DNA of 20,000 nucleotides from an uncultured virus (IMG/VR IMGVR_UViG_3300032167_000096) (IMGVR_UViG_3300032167_000096:53952-73951), one strand, 5' to 3'; positions 9,901 through 17,347 are shown, numbered from the stretch's first letter. Translations and numbers: made by a program. Notes: generated by a model not told the origin, from the letters alone.

Positions 9901-12508
9901 CAGGAGATACCATGGTAAGACCACGCTTGGTTGCATAAGTTCCGCGAGCATTAGTATCAACAACATCTTCTCCAGATTTAGCTGCTTCAACAACTTCTCC
10001 TGTAGGAACTACTTCACCCTTTTTCATACGGGTCTTTACAGTATCATAAGCTCTGCCAAATGTATTTCCAACTCCTTCTTTGAAACGACCAAAACCTTTC
10101 TTTGCCATTCCGAATACCTGATCTTTAACAGGCTTTCCGTACTTTTCCCAAAGAGGCTTAATCTTTTCTTTGAAGAAATCAGATATAGTATTTTTAACGT
10201 TCTTAAATTGCTCTTTAAACCAGTTTCCGATATCAGCAAAGGTATCTTTAACCTTCATAGTGATATACTGGAATACGCTCTCGACTTTGTTTCCATCTTT
10301 ATCCTTAAGATCAAGAGTGCCAAACATCATCTTGAACATGCTTTCATCAGCTTTATTAATAAGCTTAGTGACATAGTTTAAAGGCTTGGAGACAATATCG
10401 GCAGCGCCGCCAAGCATCTTACCGAAAAGTTTGCCTATAGGAGAGTTGCCCATCTTGTCGCGAACCCAGTCACCTAGACCTTTTTTCTTAGTACCAGATG
10501 CAGCCCTAGCTGCTTCATCAGCCTTAAGACTCTCCCAAACATCATCCCCTAATGGGCCATCATCATCTGAGGCCGGGTCAGGGTCGCCGCCAGAATCATC
10601 TGAACTTTCAGATCCGCTTCTGCGACTTCCTCCTTCTCTATGAGATGACGGTGTTCTAGTATTGGCATAACATCTATTTTTATTCTTCTTATTATGCTTA
10701 AGAGTAATAGCATTAAGAATTTCTCTAAGATAATGGAACACATTGTGTCCTTGTTCATCTTTACTAAGAGATAGCCATCCAGAACCTTTTGCAAGACCAG
10801 TATAATCAACACGTTTGCCTTTACCAGAAGGATCCATTTCAAAAGCTCCATTATAGAGCTGACGGCTAATACCACCATTGGCTTCTTCGGCAAGACGAGC
10901 ATTTGATACACGCTGTCTAGCATCCATATTTGATTTAGCAATATCGCGAACAGTAGTTCTGCTCATACGTCCATATGCTAAATCGAAATCTCTTTTACTC
11001 TTGAATCCATAATGTTTCCAAGCATCAGGATCATTAGGTCTGAAATCTCCACCATCTTTATAAATCTGCATAATCATTCTATCAACAGATTTGGACATGG
11101 ATCTCGCCTGTCCTTCGTTTATAGCTTTTAGCTGATCAATAAGAGGTTGAATATCAGACTTAATACTACTATTTGCATTTGCAATAGCAGAAGTTTCTAC
11201 GGCATCATATTCCTTAGCGATTCTTCTAGCACCTTTCCAAGTACCACCTTGATAATCATAGTAACGTTCATCATTACCTGTCAATGCGGCTTCGATTCTA
11301 GCAAGATAACCAGGAATGGTTTCAATGATAGCTTGACGAGTAATACCGTCAAAGGGGACAGCATCCTTCTTATACTTTGAAGGATCAATATTATCTTTCT
11401 TAGCAATATCAATACCAAAAATAGATGCTACGATATCCCAAAGTCCTCCGCTAACATCATTTTTCTTAGTATTCATTCTTGCAACGAACTGCGAGAACAT
11501 GCTCGTCAGCCCCTTATCAAAAGATTTTAAAGACTTCTTAAAGTCTTTAGACATGATATTATCAATCATAAATGAAGTGAAGATCTTCATTGGAGCTGCT
11601 GCGAAAGCCATGAAGGGGTTACCTCCACCGAGATCGAAACCTCCAATGCCGTATTCACTCATAAGATTGCCAATATTGCCTTTTACATTCTTAAAATATC
11701 CGGCAATATCAATTCCTCCACCAGCAGTGAAGGACTGATCAAGCTTGCTAGGCTTAGCAGCTTCCTGCTGTGCCTTATACAGATTTCTCTGCATTTCAAG
11801 CATTTCTTTCATCATACCCTGAGTCTCTTCAAGAGATCTAAGGCTAGCCTCATAGTATTTTCTGGAGTTCTCCATATGGGAAACAAGAGGACCATTGAGG
11901 AACTTATTTACAGAATCTACTGCGGTGTAAACACTTCCCATACTAGAAGAAATGATAGAAGCGCTTCTATCCATTTGAGCCATCATGAGTTGTGTTGAAG
12001 CCTCATTAGACTGAGTAACCAGTCTAACACCTTTTGCGACAGTGGAATTAGTTGACATGGCAGCGGCCCCAATAGACTGATCAAGTCTATCGGACATAGC
12101 ATTTGTTGAAGCGATAGTTGCTTTGGTACCATCATCTACGCTTTCATTATCCCAAGAAAAATCAAGATCATCATCACCGAAGCCTTCATCAAGACCAAGG
12201 ACCTGATCACTGTAGTCTCTTTCATTATAGAATTTACCACTCTTCAGGTCTTCGCCAAGATTTCTTGCGCCGACTTTAATAGCTTGATAGAGATTACTCT
12301 GCTTAATGCTCTTGGCAGCATTTCTAGCAGTCTGGCGATAATTCTTAGCACCAGAATAAGATTCTCTGAAAATATCATTATTTGTTTCAATAAAGTCTTT
12401 AATACCAGATGTATTTTCGGACACAGCGTCGATTGTGGCAAAGGCTAGCGACTTTCCCACATTAGCGACATATCTAGTTACTTTAGGTAATTTTAATTTG
12501 GCGGCCAT
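911..12508 (-). CDS. Giant (~3865 aa) tape-measure/ejection-type virion protein with C-terminal C39-like peptidase and tail-lysozyme-like domains
   Basis: 11.6-kb ORF. AGGAGG (12524-12519) is 1 nt from ATG 12517 but 10 nt from ATG 12508, so the MAAKLK start is preferred. Ala/Gly/Lys-rich with periodic Trp/Phe, Gly-zipper segments, a GEMIIP motif (~9885-9905), 75-aa repeats and C-terminal hydrolase-like domains. Confidence 0.8.
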   Translation of the reverse strand: MAAKLKLPKVTRYVANVGKSLAFATIDAVSENTSGIKDFIETNNDIFRESYSGAKNYRQTARNAAKSIKQSNLYQAIKVGARNLGEDLKSGKFYNERDYSDQVLGLDEGFGDDDLDFSWDNESVDDGTKATIASTNAMSDRLDQSIGAAAMSTNSTVAKGVRLVTQSNEASTQLMMAQMDRSASIISSSMGSVYTAVDSVNKFLNGPLVSHMENSRKYYEASLRSLEETQGMMKEMLEMQRNLYKAQQEAAKPSKLDQSFTAGGGIDIAGYFKNVKGNIGNLMSEYGIGGFDLGGGNPFMAFAAAPMKIFTSFMIDNIMSKDFKKSLKSFDKGLTSMFSQFVARMNTKKNDVSGGLWDIVASIFGIDIAKKDNIDPSKYKKDAVPFDGITRQAIIETIPGYLARIEAALTGNDERYYDYQGGTWKGARRIAKEYDAVETSAIANANSSIKSDIQPLIDQLKAINEGQARSMSKSVDRMIMQIYKDGGDFRPNDPDAWKHYGFKSKRDFDLAYGRMSRTTVRDIAKSNMDARQRVSNARLAEEANGGISRQLYNGAFEMDPSGKGKRVDYTGLAKGSGWLSLSKDEQGHNVFHYLREILNAITLKHNKKNKNRCYANTRTPSSHREGGSRRSGSESSDDSGGDPDPASDDDGPLGDDVWESLKADEAARAASGTKKKGLGDWVRDKMGNSPIGKLFGKMLGGAADIVSKPLNYVTKLINKADESMFKMMFGTLDLKDKDGNKVESVFQYITMKVKDTFADIGNWFKEQFKNVKNTISDFFKEKIKPLWEKYGKPVKDQVFGMAKKGFGRFKEGVGNTFGRAYDTVKTRMKKGEVVPTGEVVEAAKSGEDVVDTNARGTYATKRGLTMVSPGEMIIPASFDPREQQAMEALERRDRRRIINAIGLNAKGTVNTDQMKANLRKIMEENKGKGARTAASGILGGAAGLLTGFNPLLGAMAGAGISIIESSDTLKTALFGKEMEDGTYKKGLMPKGLVDMFKKSGKDMTDLGIAGGLLGLVTPLGPLGGAIIGSSIGFLKNNEKFKEFVFGDKDGKGGFLKKESFDKFKKHLKKAAPSMLIGAGAGILMGPFGLLGNAIMGAGVGLLSSTSAFHKFVFGDPDDPKKGSLVGAMKRGILEPAKEKINEILEGFKGYAKKHLLEPLKNFWEPFKQGLKNMITSIGDGVKDAFNRVAEKYLGIPIHDFLQEKVFKPMTKLFFNILKFPLKIAKVAVAAPFKALGAIGNSMRMGQINKGKARDMTAQERLDFRKKHGVRNYFSKVRGADKMQKQDEYLANASLEELQAMSAQAGGTLEGRQTASKAVVEARGALGREISAFFNETNPDGTLRYDVTKFKYVKKIARAGADGDLEEMHRLIDAEPNLTPVEKADLKQRLGAKVEAAEGANAELKKANADLKKGNKGLSKILGHKVKDKKGLRDVKRSVDAEIALRTKAAEKEKKKKESDAAAAAAADEAFKKEHPAEAAILDATKQQTDVVSQQFQSANSKIDEIIKLIKIQLDPTGEAEKTTPPGNEEGQQKGVPQLTDGKSGVPATIEAPKGPASSEIAKIADAAGEKAEKEEAQQDVIAAEAAGVDGSAKPTLVQRMLNKAKGSKVGQAVTGFASKFIPHHDEDSKEATEARQAAEQEEAEEDENDANTRESATWLQRIGEGLGFGKKKKGKDDEEGGGFLGKIFGGIGKGIKGIFSFLTGGLGTTAGKIALAAGGLSLLGWGSEWIKTSVWPKLKSFLFGEKDADGNVVKNGLLGGLGDKMKQIFLGTGGVVEKIGGFFTKIKDWYEGKGGISGILVNDVVPKIIAGWGLAMDNIVTPLVAILIKNLPSMFLGLVKGVINGIKIAVLNKGIVREKNTTIDTGNALKELNGGVANSNAMYNALGDAKGSVKNMFSTAKSSAAYTANKAAEINYGSLFGVNDAKADETYDANGNKLNKSGQDIMYEDGFLGSKKSTNQLYYDENGNIAIDQYDTWNTTDSLASKGAKVAGRGFLHGLLGRKNPIFTALGKISGKGIGKGTAKVVTGGMGKAAKWSGKIFGGSNKLGQKLNSWMTNTPVYTADEVAKAFGTSADDIAKAMGKKAGYSADDIAKAFGSNVDDVGKFMAKNADDVVEGAAKSATKSKGVLSKIKDKIFGKAGKEAAETAATKTGSKVAKEVVEETAEKVVKNADDVAKHGPKIIAKIKNFFTEIAGNSKIIGFIKKACKKAGTDDGVIKKALSAIADKIGKVATKIGKSGVGKLAGKLAKCIPYLNIALYVADFLWGYNNADTILGVAKGDESFKVGFGHKVLCGLLHLITTNLTFGLVPTETLVDIIVEFLFPLFGLSADELMAARERADDIMDAWNEAHPDDTYTNLEDFNNKDKWWFKAKKAVKGALGKAGTWIKDTAGKAWSGIKSGASTAWEWAKEKASNVWEGVTSFFSNVGSTFGKLFDGFKDTFSAIGKGIGKVLSFAWKGDLKGAYKYSVEENKESPVTSKIANIILGIGKVFYTPVILITSLVGKIKDVFVKLFDAAKQVIPAVGQGMADTFKGAWKGEFCKGQIKSTGNEMLDKVSNAILFVGKIVTLPVQFGAFLIGKVVGAVKKVIDAAKNVLPNVGQGMADTLKKAWNGEFCQGQIKPTGNDMLDKVSEAILTVGKIVTLPVQFGAFAIGSVVRGVKKVIDVAKEIVPNIASGTGQLFAAAWKGEDADVQLKSTDNDLLDKIQNVVFGIVKVVTFVPRTLTYAVGRVVDGVKAVINAAKVIVPNVAKGTGQLFKDAWKGEDNGGELESTGNDLLDKIQNVVFGIVKVVTFVPRTLTYAVGRVVDGVKAVIDAAKKIIPNVATGTKNLFVSAWKGEDNNSTLPSTGNDLLDKIQNVVFGIVKVVTFVPRTLTYAVGRVVDAVKSVINAAKLIIPNIAKGTGDLFVSAWKGQENNSELPSTGNELLDKIQGGIFGVVKVMTFVPRTLTYAVGRVVDAVKSVINAAKLIIPNVAKGTGQLFVDAWKGQENNSELPSTGNELLDKIQGGIFGVVKVMTFVPRTLTYAVGRVVDAVKAVIDGSKKIIPNIATGTGNLFKDAWKGEDNDRTLPSTGTDLLDKIQNGIFGVVKVITFIPRTLTYAVGRVVDAVKTVIDGAKKIIPNILSGTGNLFTSAWKGEESDESLPTTGVDLLDKIQNVIFGVVKVVMFVPRTLTYAVGRVVDTVKGFIDGSKLIFPKVGSAFGTLFTKAWAGEELPSKVESTGNSTCDTIANVIFNIGKVLMTPVTLVIQAIGKIKEGITTAIQKVKDGFTFKDLTSGITEAASNLGEKIKSGISGAWDKISGAFSSAWDTVKGWFSSNASDDAAKMRAHYGLGHKYQSGPELAGMPYGDSTIGKAGCGPVAATNAINRLRGAGSMSVRKAADYAEDKGMTIPGGGTDIGYFKSFLNSQNIDATNTTNRGAIMEALKNGQQVIMLGQDKTNKHGATFGTTPHFVTAIGLDANGNIVVEDPDMPQSSLVYKKDKVLNSMMTSTIVSGKGRGRYGLGDGENGEEEGRKTSFNALMSSFGSLTSSLVKSMFGEDAYNAISGSTSEAEFENPEIAAKLWKYLRSKGFSEHGAAGIMGNIYNSSKFKTANLEDSKEEDLGTDVGYTYMVDRGQKTREQFATDGSGYGMTMWHSANRKRKLYDATVKKGASIGDLDAQMKFLVDNMKSERSSLYSALRGSTDHAAASDAYLKQYHMDDKTDESLDYETPKGYAATIYDTYHGSAHNADFKKNAGRARDALNSYETEDARTSRIMTSAGRANAMAKTVDYATFLQTIVTLLMNISDNSALLVKILDILSSKFNIDIDPEEVNKAANQGKARTERALADLIKKGGGDAGSVSKMLNGSDNEYILTAMAAIAKE
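1335..1830 (-). other. Phage tail lysozyme (Phage_lysozyme2-like) domain, catalytic Glu apparently absent
   Basis: LWKYLRSKGFSEHGAAGIMGNIYNSS...GYGMTMW...RKRKLY...DLDAQMKFL...AASDAYLKQYH matches the family pattern GAAGIxGNxxxES...GYGLxQW...QLxF...FE except at the E, Q and E positions. Boundaries approximate. Confidence 0.7.
2030..2510 (-). other. Peptidase C39-like (papain-fold) domain
   Basis: Q(2495-97)...TIGKAGCGP (Cys 2435-37)...HFV (His 2153-55)...VEDP (Asp 2102-04): Q/C/H/D residues in the expected order. Boundaries approximate. Confidence 0.8.
2700..5200 (-). repeat. Intragenic tandem repeat with a 225-bp (75-aa) unit; 10 in-phase copies plus one degenerate copy
   Basis: The AWxG anchor recurs at 2876, 3101, 3326, 3551, 3776, 4001, 4226, 4451, 4676 and 4901 (exact 225-bp period) and off-phase at 5138. 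Unit approximately IIPNxxxGTGxLFxxAWKGExxxxxLPSTGNxLLDKIQxxxFGxVKVxTFVPRTLTYAVGRVVDxVKxVIxxAKx. Confidence 0.95.
9165..9715 (-). repeat. Three Gly-zipper hydrophobic repeats within the giant protein
   Basis: GILGGAAGLLTGFNPLLGAMAGAG...LFG; GIAGGLLGLVTPLGPLGGAIIGSSIG...FVFG; LIGAGAGILMGPFGLLGNAIMGAGVG...FVFG. Confidence 0.7.
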
Positions 12509-12539
12509 ACCAATCATTCCTCCTTTCTTTTGAGGATTT

Positions 12540-12551
12540 TAATACTATGTT
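12540..12551 (-). promoter_or_regulatory. Putative phage late promoter AACA-TAGTAT-TA
   Basis: Exact AACA-N6-TA about 32 nt upstream of ATG 12508, downstream of the RNAP-gene terminator. Confidence 0.6.
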
Positions 12552-12620
12552 CACAGTATAAAAGTTGGCTAAGATAATCTAATTCGACCAAATTCAATGC
12601 AATTAGAACATTTTAAAATA

Positions 12621-12658
12621 CAAAAATAGACGTAGAAGTGTAAGAACTTCTACGTCTA
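12621..12658 (-). terminator. Intrinsic terminator of the RNAP subunit gene
   Basis: 13-bp stem TAGACGTAGAAGT (12627-39) / ACTTCTACGTCTA (12646-58) with a 6-nt loop, then TTTTTG on the minus strand. Confidence 0.85.
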
Positions 12659-12685
12659 AAATTTATTATTTTTGAAGAAATTTTA

Positions 12686-15600
12686 TCATTCCATATCTTC
12701 CAAAGGAGTCCATGGAATACCCATAATTTCTTTTACCTGACGATCCAATTCTATCATACATTTATTTATAGCTCCAGATGTCCATACGGAAGTAACCATA
12801 CGAGCATTGAATGATCTAGCTGCATATAGAGCATGGATCTTCTCATCAGGTCTATACTCAGAGAACGGCTCATATCCTTTAGGGAAGATGTTTTTAACAA
12901 CGCCTTTATTTGCCGACTGAGCAACTGTCTTATCTCCAACGGAAAGTTTATCAAAATATTTAATATAGAATACAATTTTTATTCCATCATTATTATTCTT
13001 CATAATTCCTGTTGGAGCCATCTTATAGTCAGGATCAAGAAGATTTTCTCCAGGCATATTATGCTTCTTATAAAGTTTTCTAGTCTCTTGAATCTTCTTT
13101 TCATAACTTGTAACAAGAGCTTTCAGACTATCAGACATTTCGTCAATTTCGCAAGTACGATAAATCTTAATATCCTGAATTACTCCAGTATATTTACTCT
13201 TAAGACGAATTCTTCCCAAATCCGATACATATTCTGGATCTGTGATATTCTTTAAGAGCATATTTGCATCTTTCTCATCGAAAGAATTTTGGAATATAAG
13301 TAAAGGATCGCCCTCCTGCACAGACTGCCCAACTTTAACAATCTGATACAAGTTAGTTTCCTTAGAAAGATCAACATCTTTTTCTACAACTACATCGGTA
13401 GCCATTGCTTCAGACAGCCAATCAGATACAGATGTAGAGTCTTCAAAACCTTCATCGGTATTCATAATTGCTACCTTAGCCAAAACTCCCAAGTTGTATG
13501 CAAGATTATCTGTCTCTCCATTCTTATTGGAGAACGAGGTTCTATCATATGCTATAATATCACCTTTCTTAAATTTAGATCCAACTTTAAGATCTGTATC
13601 CAATTTAAGAGTAATATAGAAACCGCCATCAGAGTTCTTCTTGACTTCTTCTTTGAGATCAACATACTCAGATGTAAAAGCTTGGCCCTCTTGGTTGTAT
13701 ACAGGTTTCTTATATGATACAATCATATGACTATTATCAATTATTTCTATAACTTCTCCATCTTCTTTTGCTTTAAATGCAAAAGTATCAGATGCTATAT
13801 GTGCCATGGCTTCATCCGCACCATTGGTAATAAGAAGAGGCATAGATTTTTGAGTTCTCATAGAGTGTTTAGATGTCTGAATAAATGTCATCGCAGAACG
13901 GAACGGGTCATCTCTTGTTGTTCCGAAAGGAGTAACAGCTTCAGTCATACTAAACGTCTTAGTTACAGACATATCATCAGGATTGGTGGATTTGATATAT
14001 CCACGGGTTCCTTCAATGTCCATATCTACGGTTGTCTGCCTGTTGATACCAACGTTGGCAGCAAATCCAGTAGACAATGCAAGTTTATTAATCATTGAAT
14101 CATCATATGTACGTTTATCGAGACCATATGATCTATCAGAGTTCATACCAGAAAGGCCTTTAAACGATACGGAATTAGATGCTTCAATTTCAAGAAGCGG
14201 GTTAAGGATAGACAAATCAGAGGACATTGGGTCTTCCATAATACCATCGATAACAGCACTTCTCTTTATAGAAATACCAACTTTCCTACCACGCTTAACC
14301 TGAGCTTTGTACTCTACATATGCTCTAGCAAGAGCTTTGTAAACATATCCAGCTACAATCTCTGTAGTTCTATAGCGGTTACCAGAAATATCAGTATGAC
14401 GATTATATTTATTATCTGCAAGAAGATTATTTGCATAAATGAGCATTTCAAAATAATCTGAAGGAATTCCACAATACTCACAAACTTCTGCAGTAATAGG
14501 ATCTACGAATAGATCGACGAAGTTATCGAGACCATCGGATAGGATTCTTCCCCCAAAATCATCAAGGAAGTCTAGCCACATGGCTCTCGAATCTACATCT
14601 GCAATAGAATAATTTTCTGTCGGGCATTCTGCAAGACCATTAAAGAGCATGGAAGTTGCATAATTAATAGGATAAACAAATAAACCATCAGAAAATTTAA
14701 TTGCTGCCTCTTTATCGGGGTCGTATTTGGTTCTCTTATCATCATAAAATTTAGCATTAGTATCACACATTATCTTGGCAATTTTATGCAAACCAAGAGA
14801 ATATCCTAAAAGCACAATAAGAGGAATTTTATTCGCAAGAATACTTGCCTCGGAATAATTGAGTCTAGATGCTGGTTTAATACTATTATAGAGTGATCTA
14901 AAGTCCTCAGAAACAAAACCAAGTTCTTTTGCTATTACGTATGATAATAATCCTTGATTATTATCAGCATAATAGCATACCGATTCATCTGCTTTATTAA
15001 TAGCATATGGAATGCCATTCTTCTTTTCAATTTTATAATGAGTATAATACTCATCTTGATTAAAGAAATAGGTCTTTTCTTTTGTTTCAATCCTATTAAC
15101 TTCAGAAGCCAAATCTATATAATCAACAGGAAGTTCGTATTTAGAGCAAATAGCTTTATTATCACCAAAATATACTTTAATTGCAGCATTATTTTCATGC
15201 TTTCTTAAAGCTTTTAGAAGCTTATCCACAGATGGATATGATCTTCCTTGTAAGCCATGACGGCGAATAAATATTTTGTTATAGTTACTTACGCACTGTA
15301 CAGTGTCTTCATCTGTTTTAAGACAAGGAAGTAAAAGAAGCTGTCCAGACATAACCTTTTCATTTCCACGAAGTCTCATGAAACGATTATTTTTAAATTT
15401 CGGCACATCAAATACAAGTGTAGATCTCTTACCAAAACCATCTTCAACAGTCACAGTATAAGTTTCAATATAGTCCATATTAGTAGAAGTATCTTCCACC
15501 TTAGTTTCGACTACATTAATAGGATAGCTTGTTTTCGAAAGATGATAAAGAGCAGCATAAATATCTGCACTAATATTATACTGATTATTGAAGCTAAGAA

Positions 15601-16483
15601 ACTTCATATCGTCCCATTCTTCATTAATCGAAGTCACCTTCAAATGCTTAGGCTCAAGCTTAACTGCTGGTTTTGAAATGAGCTGACGTATAGTCTTATC
15701 TCCAACAACTTTCTTATTTAAGAATTCATCATTGAGCTTGGACATTCTTTCAGTTCTAGCCGCATTAAATTTGGGCTTGCCATCATCTTCTTCATCAAGT
15801 TCAGCAATAAGAGATTTAATATACTCATCAGAATTTAATTTCTCCCATGCTTCTTCTTCAGTTTCTGAAGATTCAGACGCTGCATTAATAGCATCAATAA
15901 GATCCTGTTTCTTTGCCTTGGTTTCTTCCTTATCTGCCTCTTTCGTATCCGTAACAACATCTTTAACTGGAGATTTATTTTCATTATCATCCTTCGATTC
16001 GGAAGAAAATCTCTTAACAGTTGGAGTTGCATTCATTATAAGAGTACTTATTAGCTCAGAAACAATCTTATATTCCGTTGCCTTATATTGATCTGCATAA
16101 AGTGCAAAACTTTCTTTATTTTCATTATAAAAAATAAAGATATAATCTGAAAATACTTTCTTAAATTCTGTAGGAGCTTTCTTTATATATCTACAAATAG
16201 CTCCGAGAGGAGTTTTAGATTCCTCAATAGCATTTTGATCTTTCCTATACCATTTCGATACAGGAATATAAATGATCTTTTCTCTATAACCTTCAAGTTT
16301 TTGGCAAAGGTTTTTTAGAGAATTCATATAAGCCTCATCTTCTTTATATTGAATAGAGGAAGTATCTATAATGGCATTTTTGCCATTAAGCTCTTTTATC
16401 GAATCAGTAGTATTCTTAATACCTTTCTTTTTCAAGGAATTAGCAATTACCTGATCCAATACTGCTTCATTATAGGAATACAT
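12686..16483 (-). CDS. rpoB: Phage-encoded multisubunit RNA polymerase beta-like subunit (large fragment; probably virion RNAP, phiKZ gp178-type)
   Basis: Divergent beta motifs in order: FMRLRGNEKVMSGQL, AANVGINRQT, TPFGTTRDDPFRSAM (cf. PFLEHDDANRALM), EGFEDS (cf. GYNFEDS), VKVGQSVQEGD, VGDKTVAQSANKGVV (cf. GDKMAGRHGNKGV), SFNARM (cf. GVPSRM). Lacks the C-terminal beta part and has a ~300-aa N-terminal extension. AGGAGG RBS 9 nt upstream. Confidence 0.92.
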   Translation of the reverse strand: MYSYNEAVLDQVIANSLKKKGIKNTTDSIKELNGKNAIIDTSSIQYKEDEAYMNSLKNLCQKLEGYREKIIYIPVSKWYRKDQNAIEESKTPLGAICRYIKKAPTEFKKVFSDYIFIFYNENKESFALYADQYKATEYKIVSELISTLIMNATPTVKRFSSESKDDNENKSPVKDVVTDTKEADKEETKAKKQDLIDAINAASESSETEEEAWEKLNSDEYIKSLIAELDEEDDGKPKFNAARTERMSKLNDEFLNKKVVGDKTIRQLISKPAVKLEPKHLKVTSINEEWDDMKFLSFNNQYNISADIYAALYHLSKTSYPINVVETKVEDTSTNMDYIETYTVTVEDGFGKRSTLVFDVPKFKNNRFMRLRGNEKVMSGQLLLLPCLKTDEDTVQCVSNYNKIFIRRHGLQGRSYPSVDKLLKALRKHENNAAIKVYFGDNKAICSKYELPVDYIDLASEVNRIETKEKTYFFNQDEYYTHYKIEKKNGIPYAINKADESVCYYADNNQGLLSYVIAKELGFVSEDFRSLYNSIKPASRLNYSEASILANKIPLIVLLGYSLGLHKIAKIMCDTNAKFYDDKRTKYDPDKEAAIKFSDGLFVYPINYATSMLFNGLAECPTENYSIADVDSRAMWLDFLDDFGGRILSDGLDNFVDLFVDPITAEVCEYCGIPSDYFEMLIYANNLLADNKYNRHTDISGNRYRTTEIVAGYVYKALARAYVEYKAQVKRGRKVGISIKRSAVIDGIMEDPMSSDLSILNPLLEIEASNSVSFKGLSGMNSDRSYGLDKRTYDDSMINKLALSTGFAANVGINRQTTVDMDIEGTRGYIKSTNPDDMSVTKTFSMTEAVTPFGTTRDDPFRSAMTFIQTSKHSMRTQKSMPLLITNGADEAMAHIASDTFAFKAKEDGEVIEIIDNSHMIVSYKKPVYNQEGQAFTSEYVDLKEEVKKNSDGGFYITLKLDTDLKVGSKFKKGDIIAYDRTSFSNKNGETDNLAYNLGVLAKVAIMNTDEGFEDSTSVSDWLSEAMATDVVVEKDVDLSKETNLYQIVKVGQSVQEGDPLLIFQNSFDEKDANMLLKNITDPEYVSDLGRIRLKSKYTGVIQDIKIYRTCEIDEMSDSLKALVTSYEKKIQETRKLYKKHNMPGENLLDPDYKMAPTGIMKNNNDGIKIVFYIKYFDKLSVGDKTVAQSANKGVVKNIFPKGYEPFSEYRPDEKIHALYAARSFNARMVTSVWTSGAINKCMIELDRQVKEIMGIPWTPLEDME

Positions 16484-16510
16484 GTATCTCTACCTCCTAT
16501 CTAAATCACT

Positions 16511-16522
16511 TATTATTAAGTT
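16511..16522 (-). promoter_or_regulatory. Putative phage late promoter AACT-TAATAA-TA
   Basis: Motif lies between the upstream terminator and the RNAP RBS, about 28 nt from the ATG. Confidence 0.55.
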
Positions 16523-16530
16523 CTGAGTAC

Positions 16531-16566
16531 AAAAAAGAACAGGGAGTAAGGAAACCTTACTCCCTG
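16531..16566 (-). terminator. Intrinsic terminator of the 195-aa gene
   Basis: 12-bp stem CAGGGAGTAAGG (16540-51) / CCTTACTCCCTG (16555-66) with a 3-nt loop, then TTCTTTTTT on the minus strand. Confidence 0.9.
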
Positions 16567-16571
16567 AGTGT

Positions 16572-17159
16572 TTATGCAGTTTCATTTAGAAACCTAACAC
16601 TTGAGAATATTTTGGATTCTTCATAAGCTTTCAATGGCCTTGAGATATAGATAAAATTATTTAAAGGTCCTAATTTAAGTCTCTTAGGCATTTTACTGCA
16701 TCTATAATTAAATGCAGCATCCTCCAAATGTAATGACTTAAAAGGTTTATCATCATAGCATTCTGATTTCAATTCTGTATAATTTAGTAAACAAAATCCT
16801 AATATAATGCGACGATCTAACTCATCAGTTTCTCTTATAAGATACTTATGATCTAGTTTATCTATACTAACTCCTCCGCGTGGATGGAGAAGAATTCTTA
16901 CCAAGCGTCCACTTGGAAGTCTGTAATAGATATTGGTATCTCTCATATTGAGAACTGATCCAACTTGCCTTGTTATATAAAGTGTGTAGTTTGGAACATT
17001 TTCAAGATCTTTAAAATCAGGTCTTACATTAGTTTCCATTCTAGCATAAGCTCTAGGGATATGAATAGCATAACTATACTTGCCTCCTTCCTCATCAATC
17101 CTTACATCTTTATAATCTTCATTGAAAGATCTACGTCTTTCATCACAATAAATAGACAT
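16572..17159 (-). CDS. Hypothetical protein (195 aa)
   Basis: ORF with an AAGGAGG RBS (17176-17170) and its own terminator. No family recognised. Confidence 0.75.
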   Translation of the reverse strand: MSIYCDERRRSFNEDYKDVRIDEEGGKYSYAIHIPRAYARMETNVRPDFKDLENVPNYTLYITRQVGSVLNMRDTNIYYRLPSGRLVRILLHPRGGVSIDKLDHKYLIRETDELDRRIILGFCLLNYTELKSECYDDKPFKSLHLEDAAFNYRCSKMPKRLKLGPLNNFIYISRPLKAYEESKIFSSVRFLNETA

Positions 17160-17189
17160 GATATAAATTCCTCCTTATGGAAAATAAAT

Positions 17190-17232
17190 AGAGAAAACTT
17201 TTAAAGCTTTCTCTTCAAATTTATAATATATA
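17190..17232 (-). promoter_or_regulatory. Candidate early-type promoter (TATATATTAT) followed by a 5' leader hairpin
   Basis: Minus strand TATATATTAT at 17232-17223, then hairpin AGAGAAAGCU-UUAAA-AGUUUUCUCU (17214-17190). The G.U pair works only on the minus strand. Confidence 0.4.
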
Positions 17233-17303
17233 ACCATAATGAAGAACCTTACATTTGCCTACGATACTGGCGGTAAAGAATTATAGACTTTTACATCATC
17301 TGA

Positions 17304-17315
17304 AACTATATTATA
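17304..17315 (+). promoter_or_regulatory. Putative phage late promoter AACT-ATATTA-TA
   Basis: Same AAC(A/T)-N6-TA motif, 100 nt upstream of ATG 17415. Confidence 0.45.
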
Positions 17316-17347
17316 AGCTGTTAATTTCTCATGAGCTAAAATAGTTG

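Noticed and set aside
12578..12607. TCTAATT / AATTAGA inverted repeat
   Set aside because: 7-bp AT-rich arms are expected by chance at this composition.
1276..16091. Many 60-255 aa ORFs nested in or antisense to the giant gene and the RNAP gene (e.g. 6765..7532 +)
   Set aside because: Shadow frames of long biased-codon genes, with no recognisable motifs or independent signals.
12686..16483. Cellular rpoB, or an intron/intein in the RNAP gene
   Set aside because: Motifs are highly divergent, there is no rpoC or ribosomal-protein context, the ORF is uninterrupted, and no intein or LAGLIDADG motifs were seen.
17239..17286. 15-codon ORF MKNLTFAYDTGGKEL in the divergent intergenic region
   Set aside because: No RBS and too short to support.
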